This document shows positions 26,701 to 37,086 of a stretch of DNA of 64,000 nucleotides, in pieces. Made by a program: the position numbers and the translations under genes. Position 1 is the stretch's first letter. The number at the start of each line of letters is the position of its first letter. Below the pieces are notes generated by a model, which had not been told where the DNA came from, ran no database searches, and worked only from the letters and a program-made list of their open reading frames with translations. The DNA is from a virus, in the IMG/VR virus record IMGVR_UViG_3300045825_000202, positions 1 through 64,000 of that record; one strand, 5' to 3'.

Positions 26701-29046
26701 AGTAAGCAAATAGACGCTATACTAAGTAGTTTAGGTAACTTGGATAGACAAAAAGCATCTCTTGAGGCTTCTATTTCTAAGACACAGGCTACATTAGAGG
26801 CTGGAACTTCTAGAACAGACTATGGTGTCAGACTAGTATCAGATAGAGACCTAGAGATCGCTCAAAAAATACATGATATTGATGCTAGTAGATTAGTTGC
26901 TATTGATGTAAGTATATCAAAACAAAAAGCAGCCGCAGAAGATATGCGCACTAAATTTAAGGATATAGGTACTGAATTTGCTACTGCTAGTTTTAATAAT
27001 CTTGCTAAAGGATTTAAGATTGCGCTACAAGAAGCTTCTATTACTTCTGCTAAAGGCTACTTAGATGTTATGAAGCAAGCAGGAATGGGTGTAGCAGCAG
27101 CAAAAACTGAGGCAGGTATTAACCAAGCAGAGTTTGCAGTACAACGTGCAGCAATAGAGGCTAATTTAAGTGTTATACAAAGTCAAAATAGTTTAAAACT
27201 ATCCATTGACCTACTTAGACTAGTAAATGAACGTACTAATCTATATGCTGAAAGAGATGCTCTTAAGGCTCAAGGTATTCCTACTAGAGGAGTTGATACT
27301 AAGATTGAAGCTAATGTTGTAGCATTAACACAGATGTCTACTAGAATAAGTAAGTCTAATATCGACCCTAAGTTATTAGCAAAAGATGCTGCTTCTAAAA
27401 CCCCTTCTGCCGATACATTAGAGTTAATGAAGACTATTCCTGGGTATATGTCTGAACTTATGGGAGCTATGGGACAATTAGCTAAAATTGATGCAGCAGC
27501 AGGTGCTTCTAGTTTTGCAAGCAAACAGAAAATATTTGTAGCATCAATAGATAGTATGAAGGAAGCTGAAACTCTTAATATTACTGCGCTAACTACTGAT
27601 AAAGAAAAGTTAGCCTATACTGAAAAACTAAGTAGTACATACGACGCTAATCTTAGTAGTCTAATACTAACTACAGATCAGGATATACTAAGAAGAAACT
27701 ATGCTAAAGATCTATTAGAATATGCTAAACAACAATCTGCAATTGACAAGAGTGGAAGTAAAGCACCTGAAGCAGCTAAAAAAGCGCAAGTAGAATTAGA
27801 TAGAGCTAGATCAGAAAGATTACGTAAATTTAATACTGATGATCAAGTACTATCATCTGAAGCACTTAATAAAAAGGAAGCAGGGGAAAATGCCTTAGCT
27901 AAAGTTAAGTCTGATTACGCATTAAAAGATAAGCAAGCAAGTACTGATCTATTTAAAGCTCAGAATGACGGACAGCAACAGGCACTAAAATATTTAGATG
28001 ATTCTGGCTTACTATCTGCCAAAGAATATGCTAAACGTGTAGAAATTTTAGCGTTATCAGTAGCAGAAGCACAGTATGCTCAGGAAACTGCAAATATTAA
28101 CAAGAAAGATTCTGACTCTAGAAGAGATGCAGAAGAAGCACTTAGAGTATTGAAACGTGAAAACGCTATGCCTGGAGCAGTACAGAGAGATACTACTCCA
28201 GCAACAGATGCATTAAAGCAGTTAAACGTAGATACTACAAATGCTTTAGCTTTATCCGCCCAAGTTTATGATAATACGGTTCAAGGTATTAAAAATACTG
28301 CAGAAGCAGTAGCTAAGTCAAGCGATTGGATTACTGGGGCACAAAAAGGATTGCAATCTTATGCTAAAACTGCTGCAGATGTAGCAGGAAATACTAATAC
28401 TGCATTTACTAATGCATTTAAAGGTATGGAAGATGCATTAGTTAGTTTTGTTACTACAGGTAAGTTAGACTTTAATAGTCTTGCTAATTCTATAATAGCA
28501 GATATGGTTAGAATTGCTGTACAACAATCAGTAACTGGACCACTTGCTAATGCTGGAATGAGTTTTATATCTAGTATGTTTAGTAGTGGTAGCAGTGGTT
28601 CTTCTATTCCAGCAGGAACCTTTCCAAGCGCAAAAGGTAATGCTTTTGGTAGTACCGGGGTTCAAGCTTTTGCTAAAGGATCAGGATTTAGTAACTCTAT
28701 AGTATCAAACCCTACATTATTTAAGTTTGCTAGTGGTACAGGACTTATGGGTGAAGCAGGTCCTGAAGCTATCATGCCTCTTACTAGAGATGCTACAGGT
28801 ACGTTAGGAGTCAGAAGCGCTGGTATTAATCAATCTAACGGTAATAACGTTGTTATAAACATTATTGAATCGAAAGAAAAAGCAGGTACGCAGGAACGTG
28901 ATAATAAGAACGGTGTAGATATGATTAGCATATTTGTTGAGAAGGTTAAGTCCTCTTTAGCAGGTGATATTACTAGTGGTAATGGTTCGGTACCTAATGC
29001 GTTAAGTCGCACATATGGCCTTAATAGGTCAGTAGGAGCATATTAA
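23797..29046 (+). CDS. tape measure protein
   Basis: 1749 aa, Ala-rich helical; PELLDELGI near the N-terminus; lambda-type C-terminus (FAKG...GEAGPEAIMPL). Confidence 0.92.
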   Translation: MADNTVNIKLQLTALGIKEANSDAVALSSNLDKAVKTADVIKKTAAASGTGESKTARSLGIGAGTGSAASDFAAQASGLGGLVHLYATFAANLFAVSAGFTMLSKAMDTTNLVAGLDQIGASVGKNLGSLSKQMVDIANGAISLQQAMRSTAMATSGGMTNDQILRMTKVAQQASLALGRDLPDSMDRLTKGIIKTQPELLDELGIMTRVIPAQSAYAEKIGKTVTSLTTFEKQQAFANAVLEEGEKKFGAIALQSNPYSKILAGLTNLAQTGLSLVNTVLAPLVAMLASSPTGLAIAIGAVASMLLKQAIPTMGMLKENTLAAAEQSKLLAVTKSIEAQKGYQAEALAAKAAAVEISNTKLAALKESEDAAKTAATNNIATAKANSALVIANAKKEFEISKQTADNLAEEKVSALVRVETKIKELSDKELAKGGKPSAAYKLLNTPDINSVTQEQLNRVESTAKGYDTKAVKANLAGNEELYQSNKKNAAMQREYISTILDVQKAHNSYTGSLTEGTAKVAAVELKASTAVQNAISAESEAHKNSAIVVAEASVKKVLAENAATLAAEEYVKTSLQNESILSTGRHTRMIADRALLQAASDSIVSQSSQTASTKGFTAAMSEAYKSVTIAMSGASSEMVKIGTTTDESGKQIDNFEKVTTPAMGKVRGGWTLLKSAVVSATSVVTTALSAFQSIFIYVGIAIAIYQTFNSVLSSSAKESAAFNDSLETLKSSFDNIDRTIDVISKKDPLGSMSIVSTQALANAFNDLTTNLDATISRFEKLVVARSGWDSAKNWLFDMFGQGDADKLAASVSMSIVDAMKVMEEGPAKEAVKSSLTNLIGKGIDPSNFNSINSAIKDLDENKILGVANATDKLLQTANRNANNAASALTAFATALADIAKQNTVMGNKLIPTDDYSKLGIELGKGAVSLNEALKDPINSLKALAALSKDISTLSLLPRDTAVELGGASKQIDAILSSLGNLDRQKASLEASISKTQATLEAGTSRTDYGVRLVSDRDLEIAQKIHDIDASRLVAIDVSISKQKAAAEDMRTKFKDIGTEFATASFNNLAKGFKIALQEASITSAKGYLDVMKQAGMGVAAAKTEAGINQAEFAVQRAAIEANLSVIQSQNSLKLSIDLLRLVNERTNLYAERDALKAQGIPTRGVDTKIEANVVALTQMSTRISKSNIDPKLLAKDAASKTPSADTLELMKTIPGYMSELMGAMGQLAKIDAAAGASSFASKQKIFVASIDSMKEAETLNITALTTDKEKLAYTEKLSSTYDANLSSLILTTDQDILRRNYAKDLLEYAKQQSAIDKSGSKAPEAAKKAQVELDRARSERLRKFNTDDQVLSSEALNKKEAGENALAKVKSDYALKDKQASTDLFKAQNDGQQQALKYLDDSGLLSAKEYAKRVEILALSVAEAQYAQETANINKKDSDSRRDAEEALRVLKRENAMPGAVQRDTTPATDALKQLNVDTTNALALSAQVYDNTVQGIKNTAEAVAKSSDWITGAQKGLQSYAKTAADVAGNTNTAFTNAFKGMEDALVSFVTTGKLDFNSLANSIIADMVRIAVQQSVTGPLANAGMSFISSMFSSGSSGSSIPAGTFPSAKGNAFGSTGVQAFAKGSGFSNSIVSNPTLFKFASGTGLMGEAGPEAIMPLTRDATGTLGVRSAGINQSNGNNVVINIIESKEKAGTQERDNKNGVDMISIFVEKVKSSLAGDITSGNGSVPNALSRTYGLNRSVGAY

Positions 29047-29396
29047 TGGCAACATGGCCCACAACCTTACCAAGTCCTACAAGTGGCTTCAGTATAGCCC
29101 CTGTAGATCAAACTATTCGTACTGATATGGAAGTTGGATCTGCAAGGGTGCGTAGACGTACTTCTGCTAGAAATGATATGATGACTACTACATGGCTTAT
29201 GACAAATGACCAAGTAGCAATATTTAGAACATGGTTTACAACTACTATAAATGGTGGAGTTACTTGGTTTACAGTAAGTTTACCAGTAGGTTCCACTGTT
29301 TATAGTTCAGTAAATGCAAGATTTAAAGGCCCCTATACGATTGATCACGTAGGTGGGATATATTGGAAAATTAACGGAACTTTAGAAATACAATAA
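29046..29396 (+). CDS. distal tail / minor tail protein
   Basis: W P..LP, RT.ME.G.AR.RRR and F..W...G..WF pattern; follows the tape measure. Confidence 0.75.
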   Translation: MATWPTTLPSPTSGFSIAPVDQTIRTDMEVGSARVRRRTSARNDMMTTTWLMTNDQVAIFRTWFTTTINGGVTWFTVSLPVGSTVYSSVNARFKGPYTIDHVGGIYWKINGTLEIQ

Positions 29397-29398
29397 TT

Positions 29399-29926
29399 AT
29401 GTCAGATACTACTCTAACTCAAGCTTTAAAGGAAGCGTACGCAAGTGCTCCTTCTAATGTTATCATATATAGTACGATGGAATTATTCCATTCTGCGTTT
29501 ATTACTCCTATTAGGGTAGTAAGGGACTATCAAGACTTAGTAAATGCTAGACTAGAAGCTACTGCACCTAGAGATGCAGGACAACTAGTTACTTTTACTG
29601 CATTTAACTTTGACTTTACAAAACCTGAGGTAACTTCAACAGGATTACCTCAGGTTACTATTACTATAGATAACGTAGATAGGTCAATTGTTGCTAATAT
29701 TGAAAAGGCTATATCCTCTACTGAGTTAGTATCTGTTATATATAGAGAGTTTATTAGTACTGATCTTAGTGCCCCTCAAAATAACCCCCCTATTACTATG
29801 ACTATACTAAGTATAACAGCAGATGTACATAAGGTTACAGCAACTGCAGGATTTATGAATCTTATGAATAAGAAATTCCCTACACAGGAATATACTGCTA
29901 CAGTATTCCCTGGGTTACTACCGTGA
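29399..29926 (+). CDS. minor tail protein (DUF1833-like)
   Basis: E.YASAP, IDNV and Y....FPGL motifs. Confidence 0.75.
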   Translation: MSDTTLTQALKEAYASAPSNVIIYSTMELFHSAFITPIRVVRDYQDLVNARLEATAPRDAGQLVTFTAFNFDFTKPEVTSTGLPQVTITIDNVDRSIVANIEKAISSTELVSVIYREFISTDLSAPQNNPPITMTILSITADVHKVTATAGFMNLMNKKFPTQEYTATVFPGLLP

Positions 29927-30309
29927 GCTATACTAAGTACATAGGTATCCCATGGCAGGCCGGGGCCCAAGGGCCAAATAGTTATGATTGTATGGCCTTC
30001 TTTAGGTTAATACAGAAAGAACACTTTGGAATAGAAGTACCTATTATTATTGCACCAGACTATGAAGATCAATACTGTCTTGCAGATATGTTTAGTACTA
30101 ATCCTGAAAGAGATAAGTGGATTAGCATACCTAAAGCTGAGGAAGGCTGCGCAGTACTAGTACATAGACCTATGCATATAGGAGTATGGTTAAATATAGA
30201 TGGAGGGGGAGTGTTACACTGTACTAGAGGTATAGGAGTAATATTTACCAAAGATAGTTCCTGGCCCTTCAGTGGGTTCGGCAGAAAAGAATACTTTAGG
30301 CACGAATAA
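29923..30309 (+). CDS. NlpC/P60 tail assembly protein
   Basis: YIG.PW...GP..YDC, HIG and VLH motifs. Confidence 0.85.
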   Translation: MSYTKYIGIPWQAGAQGPNSYDCMAFFRLIQKEHFGIEVPIIIAPDYEDQYCLADMFSTNPERDKWISIPKAEEGCAVLVHRPMHIGVWLNIDGGGVLHCTRGIGVIFTKDSSWPFSGFGRKEYFRHE

Positions 30310-33300
30310 ATGAATACTGTTATATACCTAGAAAATGGCTTAAATCCTCAACTTAGAAACGTAGTCGAGGTTGATGGCAGCAATACTATTAGTGAACTAG
30401 ATCCTAAATGGAATACTCCGTATATAGCTTTTCTAGATGGCAATGCTATTTTACGTAAAGACTGGGGTCAAGAGTTAGTAGAAGGAAATACTTTAGTATT
30501 TATAGACGCTAAAGCAATACCTCAAGGTGGTGGAGATGGTGGGTCTAATCCTTTACGTATAGTATTAATGATTGCAGTTATGTACTTTACTATGGGAGCA
30601 GGCTCAGGAATATGGGCTGCTCAAATGGGTATGGCAGGGGCAACTGCAGGTAGCTTAACTGCTATGGGTACTGTAGTAGGGTCAGGATTAATGATGATAG
30701 GTATGGCCCTTGTAAATGCAGTAGCACCAGTACCACAACCTACTAGTACCTCTTCCGCGGCAGCAATGGCAGCCCCTAGTCCTACATACTCACTTCAAGC
30801 TCAAGCAAACTCTGCTAGACTTGAATCAGCTATACCAGAACATTTTGGTAAAATACAAATATTCCCTGATTTAGCTTCACAACCATATGTAGAGTATGGT
30901 ATTGATAATGAACAGTACCTAACAGAATTACTATGTATAGGTAGAGGGCAGTATGTACTAGATAACTTAAAAATAGAAAACTCTCTAGCTAGTAGTTTTG
31001 ATAGTGTATTTACAACACTATATAATCCTAATGAGATAGTAAACTCTATTTTTGCTGCAGTTAGTAACGTACCTGAGGTAAGTGGGCAAGAATTAGATGC
31101 TACATTTATAGGACCATTTATTGTTAATAGTTCTGGGTCTACAGTTACAGAGATAGGGATTGATCTAGTAGCCCCTGCAGGATTATACTATGCTAATGAT
31201 GATGGTTCATTATCTGCTAAATCTATTGCGATTGAAGTAGTCGCAACTCCTATATCTGCAATTGGTGTACCTTCCGGAGCAGATATAGTTCTTACTGCAG
31301 GTACTACTAATTATGCCCCTTGGGGAGACTGGACTACCTATGTTAACCCAGCATTACGTACCTCTTATTTATATACTAGATACGCTGGTGATACTAGTTT
31401 TGAATCGTGGAGTTATACTCAAGGTATACCTGCAAATACTGCTCTAATTGAGTATATGCAAAATCCTGTAGACTATTTTGATGGGGCTCTTACCGCCTCA
31501 TATAGAACTCGTACTACGTTTTCAGGCCTATCTTTTTCTGCTGCTACTAATACGCCTCAGAGATGGACTAGACGATTCCCTGTAGCTGCTGGTAGGTACC
31601 AAGTTAAGGTACGTAGGACAGATACTAAAGATACCTCTACTAGAGCAGGACATACTGTAGTATGGGCAGCAGCTAGAGGGTACCATCCTGCTTCCGGTAA
31701 TTATGGAGATGTAACACTACTCGCAGTAACAATGAGAGCAAGTAATAACCTTTCTATGCAAGCATCTAGAAGGTTTAATATAATAGCTACTAGAAAGCTA
31801 CCTATTTGGACGGGTAGTGCCTGGACAGTACCTACAGTTACTAGAAATCCGGTATGGGCATTTGTATACCAGTGTAAAGCAGTAGGTCTAACTGACTCGC
31901 AGTTAGACCTACCCTCCCTTAAAACTCTAGCAGATACCTTAGATGCTAGAGGGGATTACTTTGACGGAAGATTCGATAATTTTGTAAGTTTCTGGGAGGC
32001 AATCTCTAAGACCTTATCAATTGTTAGAGCTAAACCCTTTATGCAGGGGGGTATACTACGTGTAATTCGTGATGCACCTCAAGCTATACCTGTTGCTATG
32101 TTTAGTACTCGTAATATAGTTAAAGGCTCTGTATCCGTAGACTATATCATGCCTAGCCAGGATACTGCTGACAATATTGATATTAAGTATTTTGACGAAA
32201 CTGTTTGGTCTCCTCAGACTATTAGTACCTTTATAGCAGGCTCTGCTATGGCAACTAAAGCAAAGGTAGAGTTATTTGGTGTAACTAATAGAAATCAAGC
32301 GTATAGAGAAGGTACGTATCAATGTGCTGCTAATAGATATCGTAGGAAGATGATTAAGTTTCAAACTGAAATGGAAGGCTTTATACCTTCATTCGGAGAT
32401 TTAATCAATATTCAACATGATATGCCAGGATGGGGGCAAGCAGGAGAAGTAATATCAGTATCAGGTAATACACTTACTTTATCTGAATCGTTAACTTGGG
32501 TTACTGGAACTCATTACCTAAGTCTACGTAGAAAAGACGGTAGTGTTAGCGGACCCTACGTAGCAACTGTAGGTACTGATAACACTAAAGTTGTACTAAC
32601 TGGTACTATTGATTTCACTATTAATACTACTTTAGATAGTGAAAGAACTTTCTACTCCTTTGGTGCAAATACTACGTATACACAACCTGCATTAGTACTA
32701 TCAATTAAACCTATTTCAAATACTACAGTTGAAATTACTGCTATTAATGAAGATCCTGCTGTACATACTGCAGACCAAACTACTTCTCCAGTTGCTTTAG
32801 TTACTAGTAGTCTTACTAACTATACTAATGCACCTGAAGTAGCGTCTATAGTCGTAACTCCTGTAATATTTAGTTCTAACCTATCTATTAGTTGGAGTCC
32901 TGCACCTTGGGCGACCTCTTATATTGTACAACAAAGTAATGATAATGGAGTTACTTGGTTTACTATTGATAATACTACAACTACTAATAGTATTAGTAGT
33001 AATAAGTACTTTTCCACTACACTTATACGTGTAGCAGCTATCAGTATTAGTAGAGGACCCTGGAAAGTATCAGGAGCAATACTTAGTAATGCTACTCCTG
33101 CCCCTATACCAGTTACGGCTATGGCTACAGGTACAGAATTAGCCATTCATATTCAATGGATATTTAATGAATTAAGAACTGATATTAACTATACCGAGAT
33201 CTGGGTATCTAATAGTAATGATAGAACTTTAGCTACATTACTTGATAAAGTATCTTTTCCAGGACAAGTATACGACTATATTAGGTTAGCTAGTTCTACC

Positions 33301-36300
33301 TCAGGGTACTTCTGGATTAGAAGTATGGATAAGTATGGGTCTTACTCTACGTTCTATCCTGCTAGTGCGACAGCGGGTATGTACGCAGTAGCATTAGGCT
33401 ATATTGTAGATACTACTCCACCTCCTACTCCTACTGGTGTAGTTATTACCCCCGGATTTACTAATATAAGTATTAGTACTGATGTTCCTACGTATATAGT
33501 AGGACATGGGCCAGGTAAAACTAGAATTTATGGTGCTGAGTGGACAACTGGAGCCTTACCCGTATTTAGTGGAGCTACTAAACTAGGAGAGTTTACTGGA
33601 AGTAACTATACATATGCTGCAAAAGCCGGTACTACCTACTACTTATGGTTAAAATGGGTTAGTATTGATGGAGCAGAGTCTACTACTGGGTCAGGCGGTA
33701 CTAATGGTACTGTTGCCGTAACTGGAATGGATATACCTAAAGTATTATCTAGCCTAAATGGGGCAATTACTGGAACACAGTTAGATAATACACTTTCTAC
33801 TACTATATCTCTTATTAGTGCCCCTTTAACAACAGTAGGTTCCGTTGCGTATCAAGTAGCTGCAGAAGCCGCTATTAGAACAGATAAAGATATACTTACT
33901 TCTATATATAGAGTTGAAGATACCCAACAAAATGCGTATAACTTACTTAAATCAATTGTAACAACAGATTTAAATAGAGTAAATGCAGCTAATGAAGTAG
34001 CACTAGCTAGATCAGACCTAACAACTGCTATTGTATCTGGTATATCTGCTGAAGCTACACAGAGAACTACGCTAGCAACTAGACTAGATACTGCTATTAA
34101 TACTACAATAGCATCAGTATCTAGTGAAGCTACTGCTAGATCTAACGCAGATATCGCAGAAGCTACTCAGAGAGGAATACTTGCTGCTCAACTACTTGGT
34201 AGTGATGGTACCGCAACTACATCAGGTGTCATTTATAACGAAGCTACTGTACGCGCAGCAGGAGATAATGCATTATCACAGCAAATTACTCTATTATCTG
34301 CAGGTGCAGGGGAACAATTTGACTGGCAGTCTATATGGTACTTTGATACTGGAGTAGATGGATGGGCAGGTAATGGTACGCCTACTACTGCTGCAGGTTG
34401 GCTTCGTGCAGCCAACCAGGCATCAGGGGCATACGTAGAGTCTCCTGCTAGTATTGCTACAGCTTCTGCTAAGTATAACCAAATTCGGTTACGCCTAAGA
34501 AAAACGGGTACTCCTACCTTTGCTGGTTGGGTATACTGGCAGTCTACAACAGATACTACATGGGATGTAGCTAGACGTATTGCTTTAGTAGAACCTACGT
34601 ATGATACTAATAATATTGGATTATGTACAGTATCTCCTACATGGACGGGTACTATTAATAAAATCCGTGTAGATCTATCAAGTGCTCAATCTGTTAGTAA
34701 CTACTTTGAGTTAGACTGGGTTGCAGTTGGTAGACCTTCTCCTGGGGCTTCATCTGCACAATTATTAGTTGAACAAACAGCTCGTATTGATGCAGATAAT
34801 ATTATAACAATTAGTGTATCAACGCTATCTTCTCAAGTAAATAATATAACTAATGGGTTACCGGCTACTTACGCGTTACTAGCAACGGAACAAACTACAC
34901 GAGCTAATGCAGATACTGCAGAAACAAATGCTAGAACTACATTAGCTGCTCGAGTTACTAATGCAGAAGGATCAATAGTAACTAATGCTAGTGCTATTAG
35001 TACTGAGGCTTCTACTAGATCAACAGCAGATTCAACAAATGCTTCTAGTATAAGTACTCTTAGCTCTCAAGTTAATGACGCTAGTACTGGACTACCTAAA
35101 ACTAGATCAGATATTATAGCAGTACAAACTACGTTTAGTAACTCTATTGAAAGTAACGTACGAGATATACGAACTCTAAAGTCTCAAAGTAATCAACTAG
35201 ATGAGGCAGTATTAAGAGCAGTACTAAATGGTGAAGACGCTACTGTTACGTATAAAGGTGAAATAGCTCTAGCTAGTCAAGAGTTAACTACATATATTAA
35301 TACAGGCGTATCTGCAGAAGCTAATGCAAGACTAAGCTTAGCTGCTATAGTTAATAATGCTACAACAGATTTAGCAACTAAGGCTAGTGTAACTCAAGTA
35401 GCTACTGCTAAAGCAGAGGCTATTGCAGCATCTGCTTCTGTAACTGATACTATATCTGCTCGTTTAAATACGGGAGATTACGCTGCTGTACAAGTACAGT
35501 CTGTTGCTAGTGCTACTTCAGTAACAGGGTTACTAGCACAATATACTGTTAAGTTAGATGTAAATGGTAAAGTATCTGGATATGGGCTAGCGTCTACTGG
35601 ACCTACGGGTACTGGGTCTACTTTTGAGGTAAGGGCTGATAAGTTCTCTATAACCGCACCTACTGGGGCAGCTGCAGGGTACTCTCCGTTTACCGTACTA
35701 GCAGTACCTACCTTAATTGGAGATATTACACTACCCGCTGGAGTTTACGCACAAAATGCATTTATTCAGGATGGTCAAATAACTAAAGCTAAGATTCAAG
35801 ATCTAGCTGTAACAACAGCTAAGATTCAAGATCTAGCTGTAACAACAGCTAAAATTGATAATCTAACTATAACAGGTGCTAAGATAGCATTAGCTACAAT
35901 TGGAACTGCACAGGTAGGTACTTTAGATGCAAGTGTTATTACTGCTAGAACTATTACTACAGATAGAATTCGAGTAGGTGCTGCTACTGCCTTACAAACT
36001 GCAGGCTCTGGGTTACTTAAAGTATACCCGTTAGCTACAGACTACTATTCAGTTAATACTACTAGTACTGTTACTACTATTACTTCTACAGGGTCACCTC
36101 TATGGTTATTTACGGATATATACATATATGCACTTGCGGGCAATTCTACTACACCATTTTTTAATATTTTAGCTACTGTAGAAGTATCTAAAGATGGGGG
36201 GGCTTACACCTCTACAATAGTTAATTCTAACGTTAATATGGCTTCTGTAAGTATAGCGCCTGCATGTACTGTTGCTGTAAGACTATACCCCCACGGTCTA

Positions 36301-36432
36301 TTGACAACACTTGTAGCAGGGTCTACATACGCATTTAGAGTAACTTCTCAAGTATCAATTGGTGCTACTTTTGGGAATAATTCAGAAGTATGGTTAACCA
36401 CTACAATTTCCGTCTTGGAGAATAAAGTATGA
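30310..36432 (+). CDS. central tail tip / host-specificity protein (gpI+gpJ-like)
   Basis: 2040 aa; ubiquitin-like N-terminus, FN3-like domains, coiled coil, YTVK.D.NG.V.G.GL and F.V.AD.F motifs. Confidence 0.88.
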   Translation: MNTVIYLENGLNPQLRNVVEVDGSNTISELDPKWNTPYIAFLDGNAILRKDWGQELVEGNTLVFIDAKAIPQGGGDGGSNPLRIVLMIAVMYFTMGAGSGIWAAQMGMAGATAGSLTAMGTVVGSGLMMIGMALVNAVAPVPQPTSTSSAAAMAAPSPTYSLQAQANSARLESAIPEHFGKIQIFPDLASQPYVEYGIDNEQYLTELLCIGRGQYVLDNLKIENSLASSFDSVFTTLYNPNEIVNSIFAAVSNVPEVSGQELDATFIGPFIVNSSGSTVTEIGIDLVAPAGLYYANDDGSLSAKSIAIEVVATPISAIGVPSGADIVLTAGTTNYAPWGDWTTYVNPALRTSYLYTRYAGDTSFESWSYTQGIPANTALIEYMQNPVDYFDGALTASYRTRTTFSGLSFSAATNTPQRWTRRFPVAAGRYQVKVRRTDTKDTSTRAGHTVVWAAARGYHPASGNYGDVTLLAVTMRASNNLSMQASRRFNIIATRKLPIWTGSAWTVPTVTRNPVWAFVYQCKAVGLTDSQLDLPSLKTLADTLDARGDYFDGRFDNFVSFWEAISKTLSIVRAKPFMQGGILRVIRDAPQAIPVAMFSTRNIVKGSVSVDYIMPSQDTADNIDIKYFDETVWSPQTISTFIAGSAMATKAKVELFGVTNRNQAYREGTYQCAANRYRRKMIKFQTEMEGFIPSFGDLINIQHDMPGWGQAGEVISVSGNTLTLSESLTWVTGTHYLSLRRKDGSVSGPYVATVGTDNTKVVLTGTIDFTINTTLDSERTFYSFGANTTYTQPALVLSIKPISNTTVEITAINEDPAVHTADQTTSPVALVTSSLTNYTNAPEVASIVVTPVIFSSNLSISWSPAPWATSYIVQQSNDNGVTWFTIDNTTTTNSISSNKYFSTTLIRVAAISISRGPWKVSGAILSNATPAPIPVTAMATGTELAIHIQWIFNELRTDINYTEIWVSNSNDRTLATLLDKVSFPGQVYDYIRLASSTSGYFWIRSMDKYGSYSTFYPASATAGMYAVALGYIVDTTPPPTPTGVVITPGFTNISISTDVPTYIVGHGPGKTRIYGAEWTTGALPVFSGATKLGEFTGSNYTYAAKAGTTYYLWLKWVSIDGAESTTGSGGTNGTVAVTGMDIPKVLSSLNGAITGTQLDNTLSTTISLISAPLTTVGSVAYQVAAEAAIRTDKDILTSIYRVEDTQQNAYNLLKSIVTTDLNRVNAANEVALARSDLTTAIVSGISAEATQRTTLATRLDTAINTTIASVSSEATARSNADIAEATQRGILAAQLLGSDGTATTSGVIYNEATVRAAGDNALSQQITLLSAGAGEQFDWQSIWYFDTGVDGWAGNGTPTTAAGWLRAANQASGAYVESPASIATASAKYNQIRLRLRKTGTPTFAGWVYWQSTTDTTWDVARRIALVEPTYDTNNIGLCTVSPTWTGTINKIRVDLSSAQSVSNYFELDWVAVGRPSPGASSAQLLVEQTARIDADNIITISVSTLSSQVNNITNGLPATYALLATEQTTRANADTAETNARTTLAARVTNAEGSIVTNASAISTEASTRSTADSTNASSISTLSSQVNDASTGLPKTRSDIIAVQTTFSNSIESNVRDIRTLKSQSNQLDEAVLRAVLNGEDATVTYKGEIALASQELTTYINTGVSAEANARLSLAAIVNNATTDLATKASVTQVATAKAEAIAASASVTDTISARLNTGDYAAVQVQSVASATSVTGLLAQYTVKLDVNGKVSGYGLASTGPTGTGSTFEVRADKFSITAPTGAAAGYSPFTVLAVPTLIGDITLPAGVYAQNAFIQDGQITKAKIQDLAVTTAKIQDLAVTTAKIDNLTITGAKIALATIGTAQVGTLDASVITARTITTDRIRVGAATALQTAGSGLLKVYPLATDYYSVNTTSTVTTITSTGSPLWLFTDIYIYALAGNSTTPFFNILATVEVSKDGGAYTSTIVNSNVNMASVSIAPACTVAVRLYPHGLLTTLVAGSTYAFRVTSQVSIGATFGNNSEVWLTTTISVLENKV

Positions 36433-36992
36433 TTTGTTTTATATACTATAATAATGCTACAGGTAGAATTCATAGCTCTTCAGAAAAGCAAAGTGAACCA
36501 CCTGCTGGTTGTACAGAATTATATACTAATATAAATATATCAGATGCTAATAAGTACTACGTTACTAATAGTACTCTAGTACTTGTACCTATACAGTCTT
36601 CCCCAGTTCATGAGTTTAACTATGTAACTAAACAATGGGAAGACCCTAGAACATTACAGGATATTAAACTTGCTAAATGGAATCAAATAAAACAGGCTAG
36701 AACTCAAGTAGAATATACTGGATTCATATGGAATAATCTAGTATTTGATTCTGATACAGTAAGTCAAAATAGAATTAGTGGAGCAGTTACGCTTGCTTCA
36801 CTAAACCCTAGTTTTTCTATTGGATGGACCCTAGCGGATAATACTACTAGAACCTTAAATCAAGGGGAAATGATCCAAGTAGGTGCTGCCCTAGCTACTC
36901 ACGTAACTACTCAGTTTGCAAAAGGTGTAGTATTACGCGCGCAAATAGAAGCAGCAATTACTATAGCAGAAGTAGAAAATATAGTTTGGTAG
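36429..36992 (+). CDS. tail fibre-associated protein (DUF4376-like)
   Basis: FDSD..SQ.RI and W.LADN motifs. Confidence 0.7.
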   Translation: MICFIYYNNATGRIHSSSEKQSEPPAGCTELYTNINISDANKYYVTNSTLVLVPIQSSPVHEFNYVTKQWEDPRTLQDIKLAKWNQIKQARTQVEYTGFIWNNLVFDSDTVSQNRISGAVTLASLNPSFSIGWTLADNTTRTLNQGEMIQVGAALATHVTTQFAKGVVLRAQIEAAITIAEVENIVW

Positions 36993-37086
36993 TAAATAGG
37001 CGTACTATATTTACACTTGTAGACCGCTAGCTTAAATGTTATAATAACCCAATACAAAATATTGGGTTATTTTTAAAAGGATAAAT

